A stretch of DNA of 64,000 nucleotides, taken from the NCBI GenBank assembly GCA_040285825.1, contig JAUPSS010000005.1, forward strand, positions 1,364,001-1,428,000, written 5' to 3'. Shown piece after piece: positions 39,065-50,138 of the stretch (position 1 is the stretch's first letter; every line of letters starts with the position of its first letter). Origin of the DNA: Eukaryota sp. TZLM1-RC (Eukaryota; Protista; Metamonada: BaSk clade). A model generated the notes under the pieces. The model was given only the letters and a program-made list of their open reading frames with translations, was not told the origin of the DNA and made no database searches. A program made the position numbers and the translations under genes.

Positions 39065-39414
39065 GGTGGCTAATTATTTGTTGTTGTTATTCTATAAATC
39101 ATGTGTATGTAGTTTTTATAAGATTCAAATGATCAAAATTTAAGCATTACCCTTTTCCCACAAAGTTGTCCTTTTCATAATTGGTTACAATAATTTGGGA
39201 AATCACAACCAGTCTTCAATGTTGGTACTGAAAGCTTTGAAATATGTAAAATTGGTTTAATTCTTTCAAAGATAAATGTATCAAACATGTGAAATTTCAA
39301 AACCTGATAAACCAAACACTCTACATCATCAGATACAAAATTGGCCAAAAATCAGCACATTACCAGTGTTATTCCATCAACATCAAACAACAAGGTTTGT
39401 AAAACATCAAACAC

Positions 39415-39486
39415 TTCGCATACCGGGAATCGAACCCGGGTCTACTGTGTGAGAGACAGTAATGCTAGCCACTACACCATATGCGA
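39415..39486 (-). tRNA. tRNA-Glu (anticodon CTC)
   Basis: TCGCATA acceptor stem pairs with TATGCGA; D-loop TAGTGG; anticodon arm ACTGT-CTCTCAC-ACAGT; T-arm CCGGG-TTCGATT-CCCGG. 72 nt. Confidence 0.95.
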
Positions 39487-39745
39487 CTTTCAATATTTCT
39501 AGTGCTGGAACAATTGCATATTTTTTGATAAATCAATGTGAACGACAAAGGAACCTAATACTTTGATAAGCTAAAAGAGATAAATAATATCAGATTAAAC
39601 AACCAAATTGGAAAAAATAGGATGAAACAGTGTATTAAATTAAAAGAAGGAAATAAACAATGGTAAATATCGAAATTGATGCTGCAAAAACACAAAAGAA
39701 TCATTCACTAAAATAAAAAAATAAATCAAATAAAGAATAATTTAA

Positions 39746-40783
39746 TCAAAAATCATTGTGAATCTTCTTGACACTTGGCTCACCTTCCTGCTGTATCACT
39801 TGATTCTGACCCCCATAATCGGAAACCAACAGTTTATTAACCCTATCCTTCATAAATACAGACATTGGCCGGGAATCTTCAAGATTCTTCCATATTGTGA
39901 GCCTCTGATCTAAATCTACAGCAACGAACCAATCATCACGCTTATAGACATCCTTCACAGCACCTGCACACCCTTTTAGAATTTTGAGCGGTGTTCGGGG
40001 CCTTCTCAGATCCCAAACATTAACAGCACCATTAGCATCACCAGCTACAACCAAGTGTTCATCAAACTTCCGAACACAGCTCACCCTGCAAGAGGAACGA
40101 TGTTGTGGGGAGAGAACGAGAGCAGGAGGTGATGCAGTGGTGGTGTCATAAATGAAGACAGAACCTCGAGTAGAGGAAGCCATGACGGTGTTTGTGTAAA
40201 TATTGATATCAGTGCAAATTAATTGGCTTCGAGCTAAAGTTAATGGATCAGCTGGGGCTGGCTTGGATCTCCATAGAGGAGAAGGGGATTCAGAGACAGA
40301 GTGGATGGCAATACGGTCGGTACCAATGGCAATGGCGGAACCATCAAGCGAAAAACAAGCTCGGGGAGAGGGTTCCAGGCCAGGGAAGAGAGCCACGGTT
40401 TTAGAGGAGAGTATATCGATCTGTGAAAGAAATTCTTCGTTGGTGAAGAGAGAACCATCAGCAGAGAAGGACGTGATGGTGGAGTGATCTGAGGAAGCAT
40501 GTGCAGTAAGGAGGAGAGAGGTAGTAGGAACAAAAATTTGTTCAGTTTGAATGAGAAGAGGGGAAGTAATCGAGATGCAACCATTTAGACATGATGTAAC
40601 AAAGGATTGTTCAGTGGAGCTGGAATTGAGATCAGCAGTTTGTACAAAGTTCATTGAAGAAACACCTTGTAGAAGGGGATTTTCTGATGGAATGTCATCG
40701 AGTTGTATCTTAGTAGGAGCAGGTCCATTAGGGACAAAGGAATGTACCCATCCAGTCTCAGATCCTGCTAGTACATGGATCAT
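39746..40783 (-). CDS. WD40 protein, WDR74/Nsa1-like (60S biogenesis)
   Basis: N-terminal GSETG, VAGDANGAVNVWDLR, LKGCAGAVKDV, LDQRLTIW and VFMKDRVNKLL match the Nsa1/WDR74 pattern. Confidence 0.7.
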   Translation of the reverse strand: MIHVLAGSETGWVHSFVPNGPAPTKIQLDDIPSENPLLQGVSSMNFVQTADLNSSSTEQSFVTSCLNGCISITSPLLIQTEQIFVPTTSLLLTAHASSDHSTITSFSADGSLFTNEEFLSQIDILSSKTVALFPGLEPSPRACFSLDGSAIAIGTDRIAIHSVSESPSPLWRSKPAPADPLTLARSQLICTDINIYTNTVMASSTRGSVFIYDTTTASPPALVLSPQHRSSCRVSCVRKFDEHLVVAGDANGAVNVWDLRRPRTPLKILKGCAGAVKDVYKRDDWFVAVDLDQRLTIWKNLEDSRPMSVFMKDRVNKLLVSDYGGQNQVIQQEGEPSVKKIHNDF

Positions 40784-40795
40784 TGAAACAGATGA

Positions 40796-41092
40796 TGTCT
40801 ATAACAATGAAAAAAGTGTCCTTTTTAAAGCGATGTAGAGGGACTGAGTTTTTGGGAAGTGGAAGATGTACTCCTTTTCCTTTGAACCTTTGTCAACCTT
40901 GACTCTCTGTAGGTATTCCGGTCTATGTCCACCATTTACATGTGCTTCCATCACTGCCAACATATTCAGCGAAGCATTTTGATCTCTATTCCACAAACTT
41001 TCGGATGATTTATACATGGTAAGCTCGTGACGAATAGACATTTCATGCATCTTCCATATCCCGGGATTTCTGCACCATCGGAACGTTTCAAC
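40796..41092 (-). mobile_element. Fanzor1-type 3'-end module (family C), copy 1: C-terminal coding remnant plus putative omegaRNA
   Basis: Encodes LWNRDQNASLNM...GHRPEYLQR (RuvC-III and tail typical of Fanzor1). 297 bp, gap-free ~82% match to 55769-56065. Confidence 0.85.
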
Positions 41093-41696
41093 ATGCAATT
41101 GTTATCAAGTTTTTGTCAAAGTGAATGTTTCCTTCTCTGATCAATGTTGACGAAATAACTTATTGTCTTATTAACAGGGAAAAATTGGTGATCAAATGCT
41201 ACGCTACGTTATATTTATGTCAAGTAGGTTAGGGTAGGGCAGAGTAAATTATCGTTTTTTGATGGTTAGACATATCATAATAACTCTTTATTTGACTACA
41301 ACGCTACTGGTTTTTCGATAAAAGAATATTAAATTTAGTAAACAGTGTTCAGTTTACATAAATCGTATTCAACAGGACAATTTTGACTTTTCCCAATGCA
41401 CAACAATTTTGATAAGTGAGCACAGTATGAATGGATGCATCAACCCTAACATGAAACAAAATGGATGTCCATCACACTTCCAAGTATCATTTTATCTTGT
41501 AATGTACAAAATTTTCTACAATCTAAATCAACATCAGTAACGATATTTGATTTACTGAATTGTGTCCAACTTGAATTAAAGACTTGCTTAATTACTCCAT
41601 AACAAAATAAAGGAGAAAAATCAAAATTTAATTAAATTCAAAATAAAATAAAATAACAAACTAATAAAACTGACCAAAAAACAAAAAAAAACTAAA

Positions 41697-43568
41697 TCAA
41701 CAATTATTCTTCAACCAATTTTCATGTAATTTCCTTTGTTGTTCATATTGCTTTACTAATTTTTTCCTTGCACTTTTGGTTAACTCTTGTCCATCAGCTA
41801 AATGAGTTGGGATACCATTTTCATCAAAGTTTAAGTATTTTCCATCCTGCTTGAAAATTTCACTTGGCGGAATTTTTGCCTTTTCCGCCTTTTCCGCCTC
41901 TTTTCTTAACGCTGCTTCTCTAACCTTAACTTTCCTCTCTTCTTCTTTCTTCTTTCTTTCCTCTTCTTTTCTTACTTGCTCAGGATCAACAGTCTTCCAT
42001 ACACAACTGCCATCATCGCGATCTTCGAGAAGGAAACCCAATGGGGTCATTGTGAGATCACGAAGCTCGTCGCAAATTTTGACCAAATTTTGTGAGGATT
42101 CTCCCGCCAAAACTGCAGATCTAACCTTGCCTCTGAAATCAGCAATGATGGAAAGTAACTGTTCAGTACCAATGACGTCATTTGATTGATCCCCAAAAGT
42201 AGTTTGATAGTTCAGACCAAATATCCCCAAAATTTCACCATAATAACTCAAAATTTCATTAAAAAATTGATGACTAACCAACTCACAGTCCTTTGAATTC
42301 AAGACGACATTGAGTGAATGAACAAGCTTTAATAAATTTGAAATAACCTCATGTGTGGCAATATTTTCACATAAATTTTGATGAACTTGAGCTTTTGTCG
42401 CTAAAAATTTCACCAGCAGCTCATTCTCGACATCTGAAATTTTCATTTGAACTCCTGTCCGATTTGTCTGATCCCTCCTCAAAGCTGCCGAAATATTTGC
42501 AAAAACATTGCTAAACTGCTTATCCATAACCACAACCTGAGCCATAGCTTCACTGGACCAATCAATCTTTTTATTCCAAGGATGAGCAACAAAGAAAAGA
42601 CGAACTTGCCGTGGTGAAAATTGAGTCAATCCTTCCTTAATTGTTGTGAAATTCTTTAAACTTTTTGACATTTTTTGACCTTGAATTTTGAGCGTACCCA
42701 TATGAACAAAATAATTGCACCATTGACTACATCCTAAAGCTGATTCGCTTTGGGCTAGTTCATTATCATGATGAGGAAATCGCAAATCTTCTCCACCTAA
42801 ATGAATGTCCAATACTTCACCATGAATTTCAGTGGCCATTGCTGAACATTCTATATGCCATCCTGGTCTACCCTTACCCCAAGGCGAATCCCAGCAAGGT
42901 TCATTAGGGTTGGAGTCGGGATTGGCGGCTTTCCAAAGGGCAAAATCCACGGGAGAACGTTTTCCAAGTGATGATGATAAGGCACCCTCTGCTTCACTTA
43001 CTAGACCAGCATCGCCTACGGATTCAGGTTCAAGTTTACCATAGTAGTGGGAAGAGGAAAGGTAAGAAGAAACAGAGAAATAGACTGATCCATTAGACTC
43101 ATATGCATGACCCTTATCTATGATACGGGTTATAAAGGAAATGATTTCAGGAATATACTCAGAAACACGTGTGATGACGTGTGGTGGTTTGACATGGAGA
43201 GCGTCCATATCTGAGAAGAACTCAGCTTCGTATTTGGAAGAGATTGCAGAGAAGGATTGGTTGGTGGAGGTGGATTTGAGTATGATCTTGTCATCGATAT
43301 CAGTGATGTTCATGACTACAGAAATGGGGATGTGGAAGTAGTCCTCGATGACTCGGCGAATAATATCACAGGCAACGTATGTACGAGCATGACCCATGTG
43401 AGAGTCATCATAAACAGTGGGCCCACATTGATACCATCGAAGGTAACCACATTGAGGAACAACGATGTTGTCTAAGCGTTTAGTAAGAGAGTTGAAGAGA
43501 CGAAGATCAGTGGTAGTACCAGGAGGTACCTTCCAGGAACCTCGAATTGTATCAGGAGATGGAGACAT
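41697..43568 (-). CDS. CARS1: Cysteinyl-tRNA synthetase, cytosolic type (~623 aa)
   Basis: CGPTVYDDSHMGHAR (HIGH), GRPGWHIECSAM, FPHHDNELAQ, KMSKS. The start is placed at MSPSPDT (43568) rather than the track's 43664. Confidence 0.95.
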   Translation of the reverse strand: MSPSPDTIRGSWKVPPGTTTDLRLFNSLTKRLDNIVVPQCGYLRWYQCGPTVYDDSHMGHARTYVACDIIRRVIEDYFHIPISVVMNITDIDDKIILKSTSTNQSFSAISSKYEAEFFSDMDALHVKPPHVITRVSEYIPEIISFITRIIDKGHAYESNGSVYFSVSSYLSSSHYYGKLEPESVGDAGLVSEAEGALSSSLGKRSPVDFALWKAANPDSNPNEPCWDSPWGKGRPGWHIECSAMATEIHGEVLDIHLGGEDLRFPHHDNELAQSESALGCSQWCNYFVHMGTLKIQGQKMSKSLKNFTTIKEGLTQFSPRQVRLFFVAHPWNKKIDWSSEAMAQVVVMDKQFSNVFANISAALRRDQTNRTGVQMKISDVENELLVKFLATKAQVHQNLCENIATHEVISNLLKLVHSLNVVLNSKDCELVSHQFFNEILSYYGEILGIFGLNYQTTFGDQSNDVIGTEQLLSIIADFRGKVRSAVLAGESSQNLVKICDELRDLTMTPLGFLLEDRDDGSCVWKTVDPEQVRKEEERKKKEEERKVKVREAALRKEAEKAEKAKIPPSEIFKQDGKYLNFDENGIPTHLADGQELTKSARKKLVKQYEQQRKLHENWLKNNC

Positions 43569-43680
43569 CGGCTGATAGCACAGAAATGTCAAATAGTAGT
43601 AACCTGTTGAGATTACTGAAATATGAAGATGAAATGAATCAAGTTGATTCAAAACTTGAGGCATTACTAAATCTTCAATT

Positions 43681-44605
43681 TTGTGTCAATCAGCATTCTT
43701 GGGTGGTGGCAAAAATTTTATTTATGAATTTTCTCGTAGATTTCCTGATGATTCTCATCTGTTAGTCCCCAATTGTAGTCCCTATTTGTATGAGTTATCT
43801 TGTGAACTTGAAAAATTACCGCCACAAATTTGGACCAAATGTTTTCCTCAATCAATTCAAGAAATTCCAAACCGATCTCTTTTTAATTTACAGTTTTGCT
43901 GTAAAAAGCTTCAACAAAAATTGTCAAAGATTTTTGAAAGCTTGGATTTTGATGTTAGACTTGGCTTGGCCAAGAAAAAGAATCCCGCTTTTGCAAATCT
44001 TTTACAAGATATGTGTGACAGTACTTCTTCTGCCTTAGTAACAACAATTCCACAAGTTTATGGTACTCTCTTATCCGATTCTGCTTGGACTCTGAATATG
44101 AGATTTCGTTCTTTTATCTGGCCTGATAATTTACCTCATAATTTAATCATAATTTTATTGGATGTAATGTCTGTTGATCCTTGTAATGCCTCAAATGAAA
44201 GGCTTGTTAATTCTGAAATTCATAATCCCCTTTCAAATGCTGAAAATTTTAAATTCAAAAAATAAATGAACCTTGGTCCAAATTGGCCAGTCTACAGCAT
44301 GCAAAATACAATTTGTATCCATTTGTATTTTCCCTTTTTGGTTCACTTGCACCAACTGCTTTACGTTTTTTGGATGATTTTGAAATGATTGTAAAGAGAA
44401 GAACTGGCAGAAATTTCAAAAGATTGTTTTGGCAAAATAGAACTGTGTTTTCTATTTTTAAGGGGATGTTGAAGATGGTTTCTGATGCTTTGCTTTCTCT
44501 TGGATCTCACTATGAGAGAGTTGCATCTAGTGTTTTTGTTTTGGGAGAGATGGATTTTTTAGATGTTGATTTATAGGTTTAGAATAAAATTAAATTTTAA
44601 AAAAA
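43681..44605 (+). mobile_element. 5'-truncated, internally deleted RLE-type (CRE-like) non-LTR retrotransposon
   Basis: SSALVTTIPQVYGTLLSDSAWTLNMRFR, LLDVMSVDPCN..PLSNAENFK and LYPFVFSLFGSL, followed by an A-rich tail near 44585-44607. Confidence 0.75.
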
Positions 44606-44609
44606 ACTT

Positions 44610-45560
44610 GAGGCATTTCATTAATTTAAGATTCTGATCCACAACATGAATCATATTAAGAACAGCATTGACATTACGATTCCATAGACATCCACACTTC
44701 TTGCATGTGAGTAATCCATGTCTAAGGACTGTAGGAGTCTTTGCTCTCCTGTAAAATGTTGGATTGGGTACTCGATGTTTCTTTACATTTTCACATTCTT
44801 TTCCCTCGAGTACACATGCATGACATCGACAACTTGTTTTATATTCATCCAGGAGCAATAGACGGAAGTTACGTTTTTTAAACATCTTTCGATAACCAAC
44901 AATTTTTCTAGGTGTTTGATGTTTAAATTGGTTTAATAGGAATTCTTCATTATGTAGAGCTTTTTTTGAAAATTGTTTTAGTTCTTATTCTCATTCCTTT
45001 ACAGTTTTAATTTGATAAATCCATGATTCTTTGGCATCCTTATAGAATTCTTGATGGTCTTTGTTCAGAGTTTCTCTTTTTTTCGAGGAGCAGTGACCCT
45101 CTTGAAAGTATATTCCTTTAGTTTTGTTTTCTTGTTTTCATTTGGAGGAGGATTTTGTTTTGGTCCAAAGTCTAGAATCTTTGGTTTTGTCTTTTTGTTT
45201 TTTTTCATTCAGTCTCTAATACCAGGGTCAATTACTGTAAAAGTAATATTTATCAACTCATCTCGTAGGAGATCAGTCAAGTTTGGTTCTTTTCATCTTG
45301 TTCGGGCTTCTTAAAGCAACTCTTCCCATCTTTATCTTTTCGTATGAGATGTATTCAGCAACTTACAGCATCAGCCCTCATAGAAAAATTAAGGCAATAA
45401 TCTTTCTGATGGAAAACTCTTTTACCCGTCCGCGTTAACCATTTCTATTATTGATGTTGGAAATTTTCCAAATTTCCACCCAATAGCGCTTCAGAATTTT
45501 TCAGGTAATTTGATTCATCTGGGATTAAAATTCTGTAAATTACATAGGTAAACCAGAAAG
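44610..45560 (-). pseudogene. Fanzor1-like nuclease family B (decayed)
   Basis: In order: EIWK, NFSMRADAVSC (TDGxS-like), RuvC-I TVIDPGIRD (45221-45232), LLLLDEYKTSCRCHAC (relocated catalytic Glu plus zinc finger), RHGLLTCKKC..LWNRNVNAVLNM. Contains stops and frameshifts. Confidence 0.88.
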
Positions 45561-45804
45561 CATGCCCAAGTATCTTTTTTGGAAATCCAACATCTGCAAA
45601 ATTTGTTGCAGAAAATCACTGTTTTTTCAACGTTCCGGGATCTACATCGAATAAATCATTCTTCATTTGGTCGATTTTCACAATGTTTAGTAATTATCTG
45701 TTTCGAAGTGGGAGAGGCAGATTTTGAAAGCAGTGGAGCTTTAGTTTTGTTTTTGATAGTCGGATCTATTTCGGAAAATTCCAAAAACAAAGTCAAGACA
45801 TTTA

Positions 45805-46425
45805 ATGCATTTTCGAGCAACGGACAAGAAGCTCACCGAGGTACCTTCTTTGTCTCTAGATGTGGAATCTGTCTATCTGTTTGGTAATGCACTTACATCA
45901 ATAAGTTTATCTCTGCCCAAACTCAATATATTGCATCTTCAGGAGAACAACATTTCTTCTGTTGAACTTAGCCAGTGCTCGTCATTAGAAAAGTTATACC
46001 TTGATTTCAACAAACTCGTAGATATCAACCTTCCATCCTCAATAGTGGAGTTATCTCTAGCAAACCAGTCTGTTTCCCTGGACCTTGCCCAACTTGCTAC
46101 CTTAACTCGACTTCAAACTCTAGATATCTCATATTGTAAAGTGTCTGATCTCTCTGCACTTGCTTCGTGTCCCTGTTTAACCAACCTCACTGCCACTGGT
46201 AACAATATCTCCACTCTCAAATCCATTATGGACCTTTCTACAACATTGGTAACTTTTCTAGATTTAACAGGAAACCCTATCCAAACAAGTAGGCATTATA
46301 GAGAGGAGGTAATATTTGTGCTTAAGTCGTTGGAAATCTTGGACCAAAAGGAAATCACTTCACGTGATAGGCAGGTATCCGAAGCTTTAGTTGCCAAACG
46401 CTATCGTAATAGAAATAGAAAGTAA
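45805..46425 (+). CDS. SDS22-type leucine-rich repeat protein (PPP1R42/LRRC67-like)
   Basis: LxxLxLxxN repeats, ELSLANQ and an LRRcap (GNPI..YREEVIFVLKSLEILD). The true start may lie slightly upstream. Confidence 0.75.
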   Translation: MHFRATDKKLTEVPSLSLDVESVYLFGNALTSISLSLPKLNILHLQENNISSVELSQCSSLEKLYLDFNKLVDINLPSSIVELSLANQSVSLDLAQLATLTRLQTLDISYCKVSDLSALASCPCLTNLTATGNNISTLKSIMDLSTTLVTFLDLTGNPIQTSRHYREEVIFVLKSLEILDQKEITSRDRQVSEALVAKRYRNRNRK

Positions 46426-46879
46426 TGGTCTTTTGTACAGAATGTTCTTTATGATTAATCTTATTAATTCCAAGTCAACGTTGAGTACATTGTTTTTATA
46501 TTTTTGAAGGGTACATCATCATCTGTTGGCGCTTAGTTTCTTTTAAGTATATTTTCTTATATTCAGATCAGTTTTTAATTGTATTTTTATTGTATTTTTT
46601 CTGTAAAGTAATTACTTGTTTTTTTTGTCTTTTCTGCTGTTTCATGTGACTTTTGAGATACTTTCACTTTTGGAAACCCTTCTATCTGATCTTCTTTCTC
46701 TAATGGTTACTTATGTGATTTAGAAAATGGTCTTGACATATTGTGAGTCATTTGATATTTAGAGTATCCAATTTTCAACCATTGAGCTCTCATTTAGCTG
46801 ATGAACATTTTTGAAATTTTTTGGTCTAAATAGGGAAGGTTTAATCTTTGAAGGTCTTGAAATGATGGCTAATTTTTTG

Positions 46880-47310
46880 ATCTGAGATCTGCTGACGTCA
46901 TTTTTGAATCGTTAGCTCAGTCAAAGACTGAAGACCCATTGGACGTTGCTGAAAGAACTGAAATTGATGAATATAAAGCAAAACTACCATCCTTGAATGC
47001 TGAATCCCACACTCACTATCCTTTTTTGTTTGTGGTGATCTTACATTATCCCCGTGGAACTATTACTTTACCATTCCTGGAAAATATTGTAGAAATTGTG
47101 AAACGCCGTACAGAAAGAGCTTTTGCTAATTTGTACGGCAGAATAGAATGTTTTTCCTTATTTTAAAGGTGTTGTTCCCTTGTTGTCTTCTTTTCTGTTA
47201 TTTTTGATAGTTTTATGAATAAAAAACTCCATTCAATACTTTTGGCTGATTTGGACTATAAAGATGTAGATTTTGAAGGCTGTTGTTTAAATTTTATTGA
47301 AATAAAAATA
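46880..47310 (+). mobile_element. 3' fragment of an RLE-type non-LTR retrotransposon
   Basis: DPLDVAERTEIDEY...FLENIVEIVKRRTERAF parallels the 44283 fragment (FLDDFEMIVKRRTGRNF). A-rich end. Confidence 0.6.
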
Positions 47311-47789
47311 CATTTAGTTTGAACAAATAGTTGGTGATAAAGAGTCAAAGTCTTCTTGTAAAAAAATAAGATAAGAGAAACAACAATTTGTTGATGAGAT
47401 CAACTTGGTAGAAAAAGCGATTTTTTAATTCAAATATACAAAATGTTTCACCCTTAATCAAATTTGAAAGGAATTTGACACTAAAATAAGTTTGGATGAA
47501 TGGAAGCAATCTTCCATTTAAACATTCCAATCTTTTGCAGTGTTGCTTATAAACAGTGTTACAAGAAAACCCTCTTATTTCTTTAAAAACCCATTTATTG
47601 CCATTTTATGGTTTTTAACAAAACCATAGTGCACTAAACAGGGCCTGGTGTTCAAACACAGGTTCATAACAGTTCAGCACACACGGGTTTAAGAACACCC
47701 ATACGGTGTTCTACAACTTTTCAGTTAATGCTGTTTATCTTACAAGTCATGCTAGGTTACTATCAGTCTCTTAACTTAACTTAGTACAT

Positions 47790-49783
47790 CAATGTATCAA
47801 GTCAAACTTACATTTATTATCAAACAAAACTGTAAACTCTAAACAAGATTTTCGTGACGATAGAGATCTAAGATTTTCGTTTAGAAAACCCCTCTTTTAA
47901 GCAACGATCGGAAAAAGTGCAATCAAGTACACAACTAAAGCTCCACATCCTGAAAAACTACCCCTCCTACATCGAACAGTCAATTACTAAAGACTCAGAA
48001 AATTTACCAAAAGAAGAACAGAAATCAATCAAAAAATAATTTCAACATTCCCTTGAAAAAGAAAATACAGTCCTGTTTTGCCAGTGTGCACAGTTGAAAA
48101 TTCTTCCAGTACCTTCCTTTACAACAACACCGAAATCTTCAAGGAATGCCACAACTGCCTTACCTAATGAGCCGAGCAATCAAAAAACAAAATGACTTAA
48201 ATTATGATGGGCACATGCTCATAGTAGATGAACACTTGTTTTTGTGCACATTGACAAAAACCCATACGATCCTCCATTGTCGGGCTCGTCAATTGCCGTC
48301 TAACGTGAAGACAAGTTTAACTAAAATTTGTCAATCCTGGACAAAAAACTTTATTCGTGCTCATTGTAGAGCTCTGGATAAAACAAATGTCTTTGCAAAT
48401 AATATTCTTTCACTTTTACCAGATGAAACATTAGCCCAACCCGAGGAAGTTGTTGTTGATTCCGTTCTTGAATACTACATCAATTTCAATTTGAATAATT
48501 CAAGAGAAAGATTCTTTTTACTAAAGGCATGTAAGTTTATCTTGAATCTCCTTCAAAGATTTCCTACCACTGCCTCCCTACTGTCCTCACATGATAAAAT
48601 CACCTTTTCATCAAAGGAAATTGGTGAACTTTTTCTCTTCAATCTTAAAATTTCACAATACTGACTCACTTTCTTTTCTCTTATGCATTGCTGGAAGAAA
48701 TTTAGAATGATACCTTTAGCTTCTCATAAAGGTTCTAAATTTCATGAGGTACCTTCACATGTTTTCCACTCTGTGAAAAAATTTCCACTTATTGAAGGAT
48801 TATCTTCCAAAACAAAGTTTATCAAAAATACATGTCTGAAACGATTATTCAAACAATGTCCTTACCAAAAATTCAATATCAACAGAAAAAGTTTGAAAAA
48901 TAGATTTAAAAAAATTTTATTGAAAACTAATGGTAATGAACTGCTTTTGACCTTTGAAGGTAAAAATAATGACTTAGAAAACACAGATGAGCTGGATGAA
49001 CCACCGAAAAAGAAACGAAGATTAAAAAAAGAAATGAAAAGTGACCCTAATGCCAACAAAACCAGAGAAACACAGTTGAAGGGCACTAAAAAAATGCCTC
49101 GTCGAAGACGTAGACATCCAGTCGAAATTTTACCTGAAAGGCCCCTTATTGGCGTTGATCTGGGCCAATCAAGATTATGTGGTTACTTCTTAAATGATAA
49201 TCAATGTGGAGTTATTCCTTGTCCAACTGGCAGGAGGTACAGGACAAATCCTTCACCCAGTAAACACTCTCCCAACCAATATTCCGTTCAAAATTTCAAC
49301 CAATATTTGAACCATTGGAATTTGGTTAGGAGGAAAGTGTATTTGGAAAGTAATCGCCAGAAATGGAAAATAATTAAATCTGATAACTGCAGACGAAAAG
49401 AGAGACGGTTCCGAGAGACTCTCAACAAATTTCAAAGGCTGGCTGGACATCCTGATAAACTCTATCTTGCTGTGGGTTCTGCTAATTTCCCTTCTCATTG
49501 CCGAAAAGTCAATCGATATGAATCAGCAAGAGCTTTCAGAAAATGGTTGTGTTATCAAAAAGACGTGCAGCACTTGTAAACCAGTGAATTTAATACAAGC
49601 AAACTGTCAAGTTGTTTCATGGCTGAGAATATTCAAGCAGGATCATGGCAGATGCGTATTTGTACTGAGTGTCAAATAGTATATGACAGAGATATTTCCG
49701 CTGCAAAAAATATTCAAATTAAGAAGAAAGTGGAATTGTGGCCGGAAAGATACATTTGCCCAGATGCTCTGTTGAGGAGATGA
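47790..49783 (+). pseudogene. Fanzor/TnpB-like nuclease family A, copy 2 (near full length; in-frame TGA at 48662 and TAA at 49577)
   Basis: 48146-49783 is one frame across two stops. It contains basic NLS-like PPKKKRRLKK, RuvC-I PLIGVDLGQSRL (49151), LYLAVGSANF, TSEFNTSK, CTEC and YDRDISAAKNI (RuvC-III). The 5' limit is approximate. Confidence 0.88.
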
Positions 49784-49957
49784 ATAGGGAACGTGAGCAT
49801 ACAGAAACTAAAACTTTTGAGACCGACCTACAAATGCCTTAGTAGCATTTGGTAGATCCACTTAGATACATCAAGTCGCGAGGCTTTGTTCTGTGAAAGC
49901 AGTAGGTGTATTTAAGTGAGGTAGCCCATTGATGAAGATCATGATTGTCTTTGTCAA
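49784..49957 (+). ncRNA. Putative omegaRNA scaffold / right end of Fanzor A
   Basis: Directly after the ORF stop. Stems: CAAATGC/GCATTTG (49831-49851), CACTTAGATACA/TGTATTTAAGTG (49859-49918) and GCTTT/AAAGC. Similarity to copy 1 stops at TTTGTCAA. Confidence 0.7.
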
Positions 49958-50015
49958 ATGACGCTACATGTCTCTTACAGCCTGTGAGTAGACATTGAGA
50001 AAGTTGAAAACAGGA

Positions 50016-50097
50016 GTGAATTTCACAGCTAAAAAACAGCTAAAGGGGAATGTATGATAAGTGAAATTCACAGTTTTATGATTTAAGTGAAATTCAC
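50016..50097. promoter_or_regulatory. Three copies of the quasi-palindrome GTGAAWTTCAC upstream of the 50139 gene
   Basis: Copies at 50016, 50061 and 50087. The same 11-mer occurs at 56433, upstream of the 56487 gene. Confidence 0.5.
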
Positions 50098-50138
50098 TTA
50101 CAAACAGTATATCAACCTTCACTTTCTGTTTGCCTTAC

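Noticed and set aside
40790-41100. Target-site duplications or terminal inverted repeats around the family C modules
   Set aside because: The flanks (GCAT versus AACA on the 5' side, TCAT versus ATTT on the 3' side) show none. Weak gapped similarity may extend ~60 nt further 5', so the left boundary is less certain than the right.
49546-49584. A 39-nt GT..AG intron that would remove the Fanzor A TAA in frame
   Set aside because: The donor is GTTGT rather than GTATGT, the length is outside the 29-32 nt range, and it would delete the beta-strand leading to the catalytic Glu.
49958-49980. A target for the predicted Fanzor A guide inside the window
   Set aside because: No match noticed by eye; a genome-wide search is needed.
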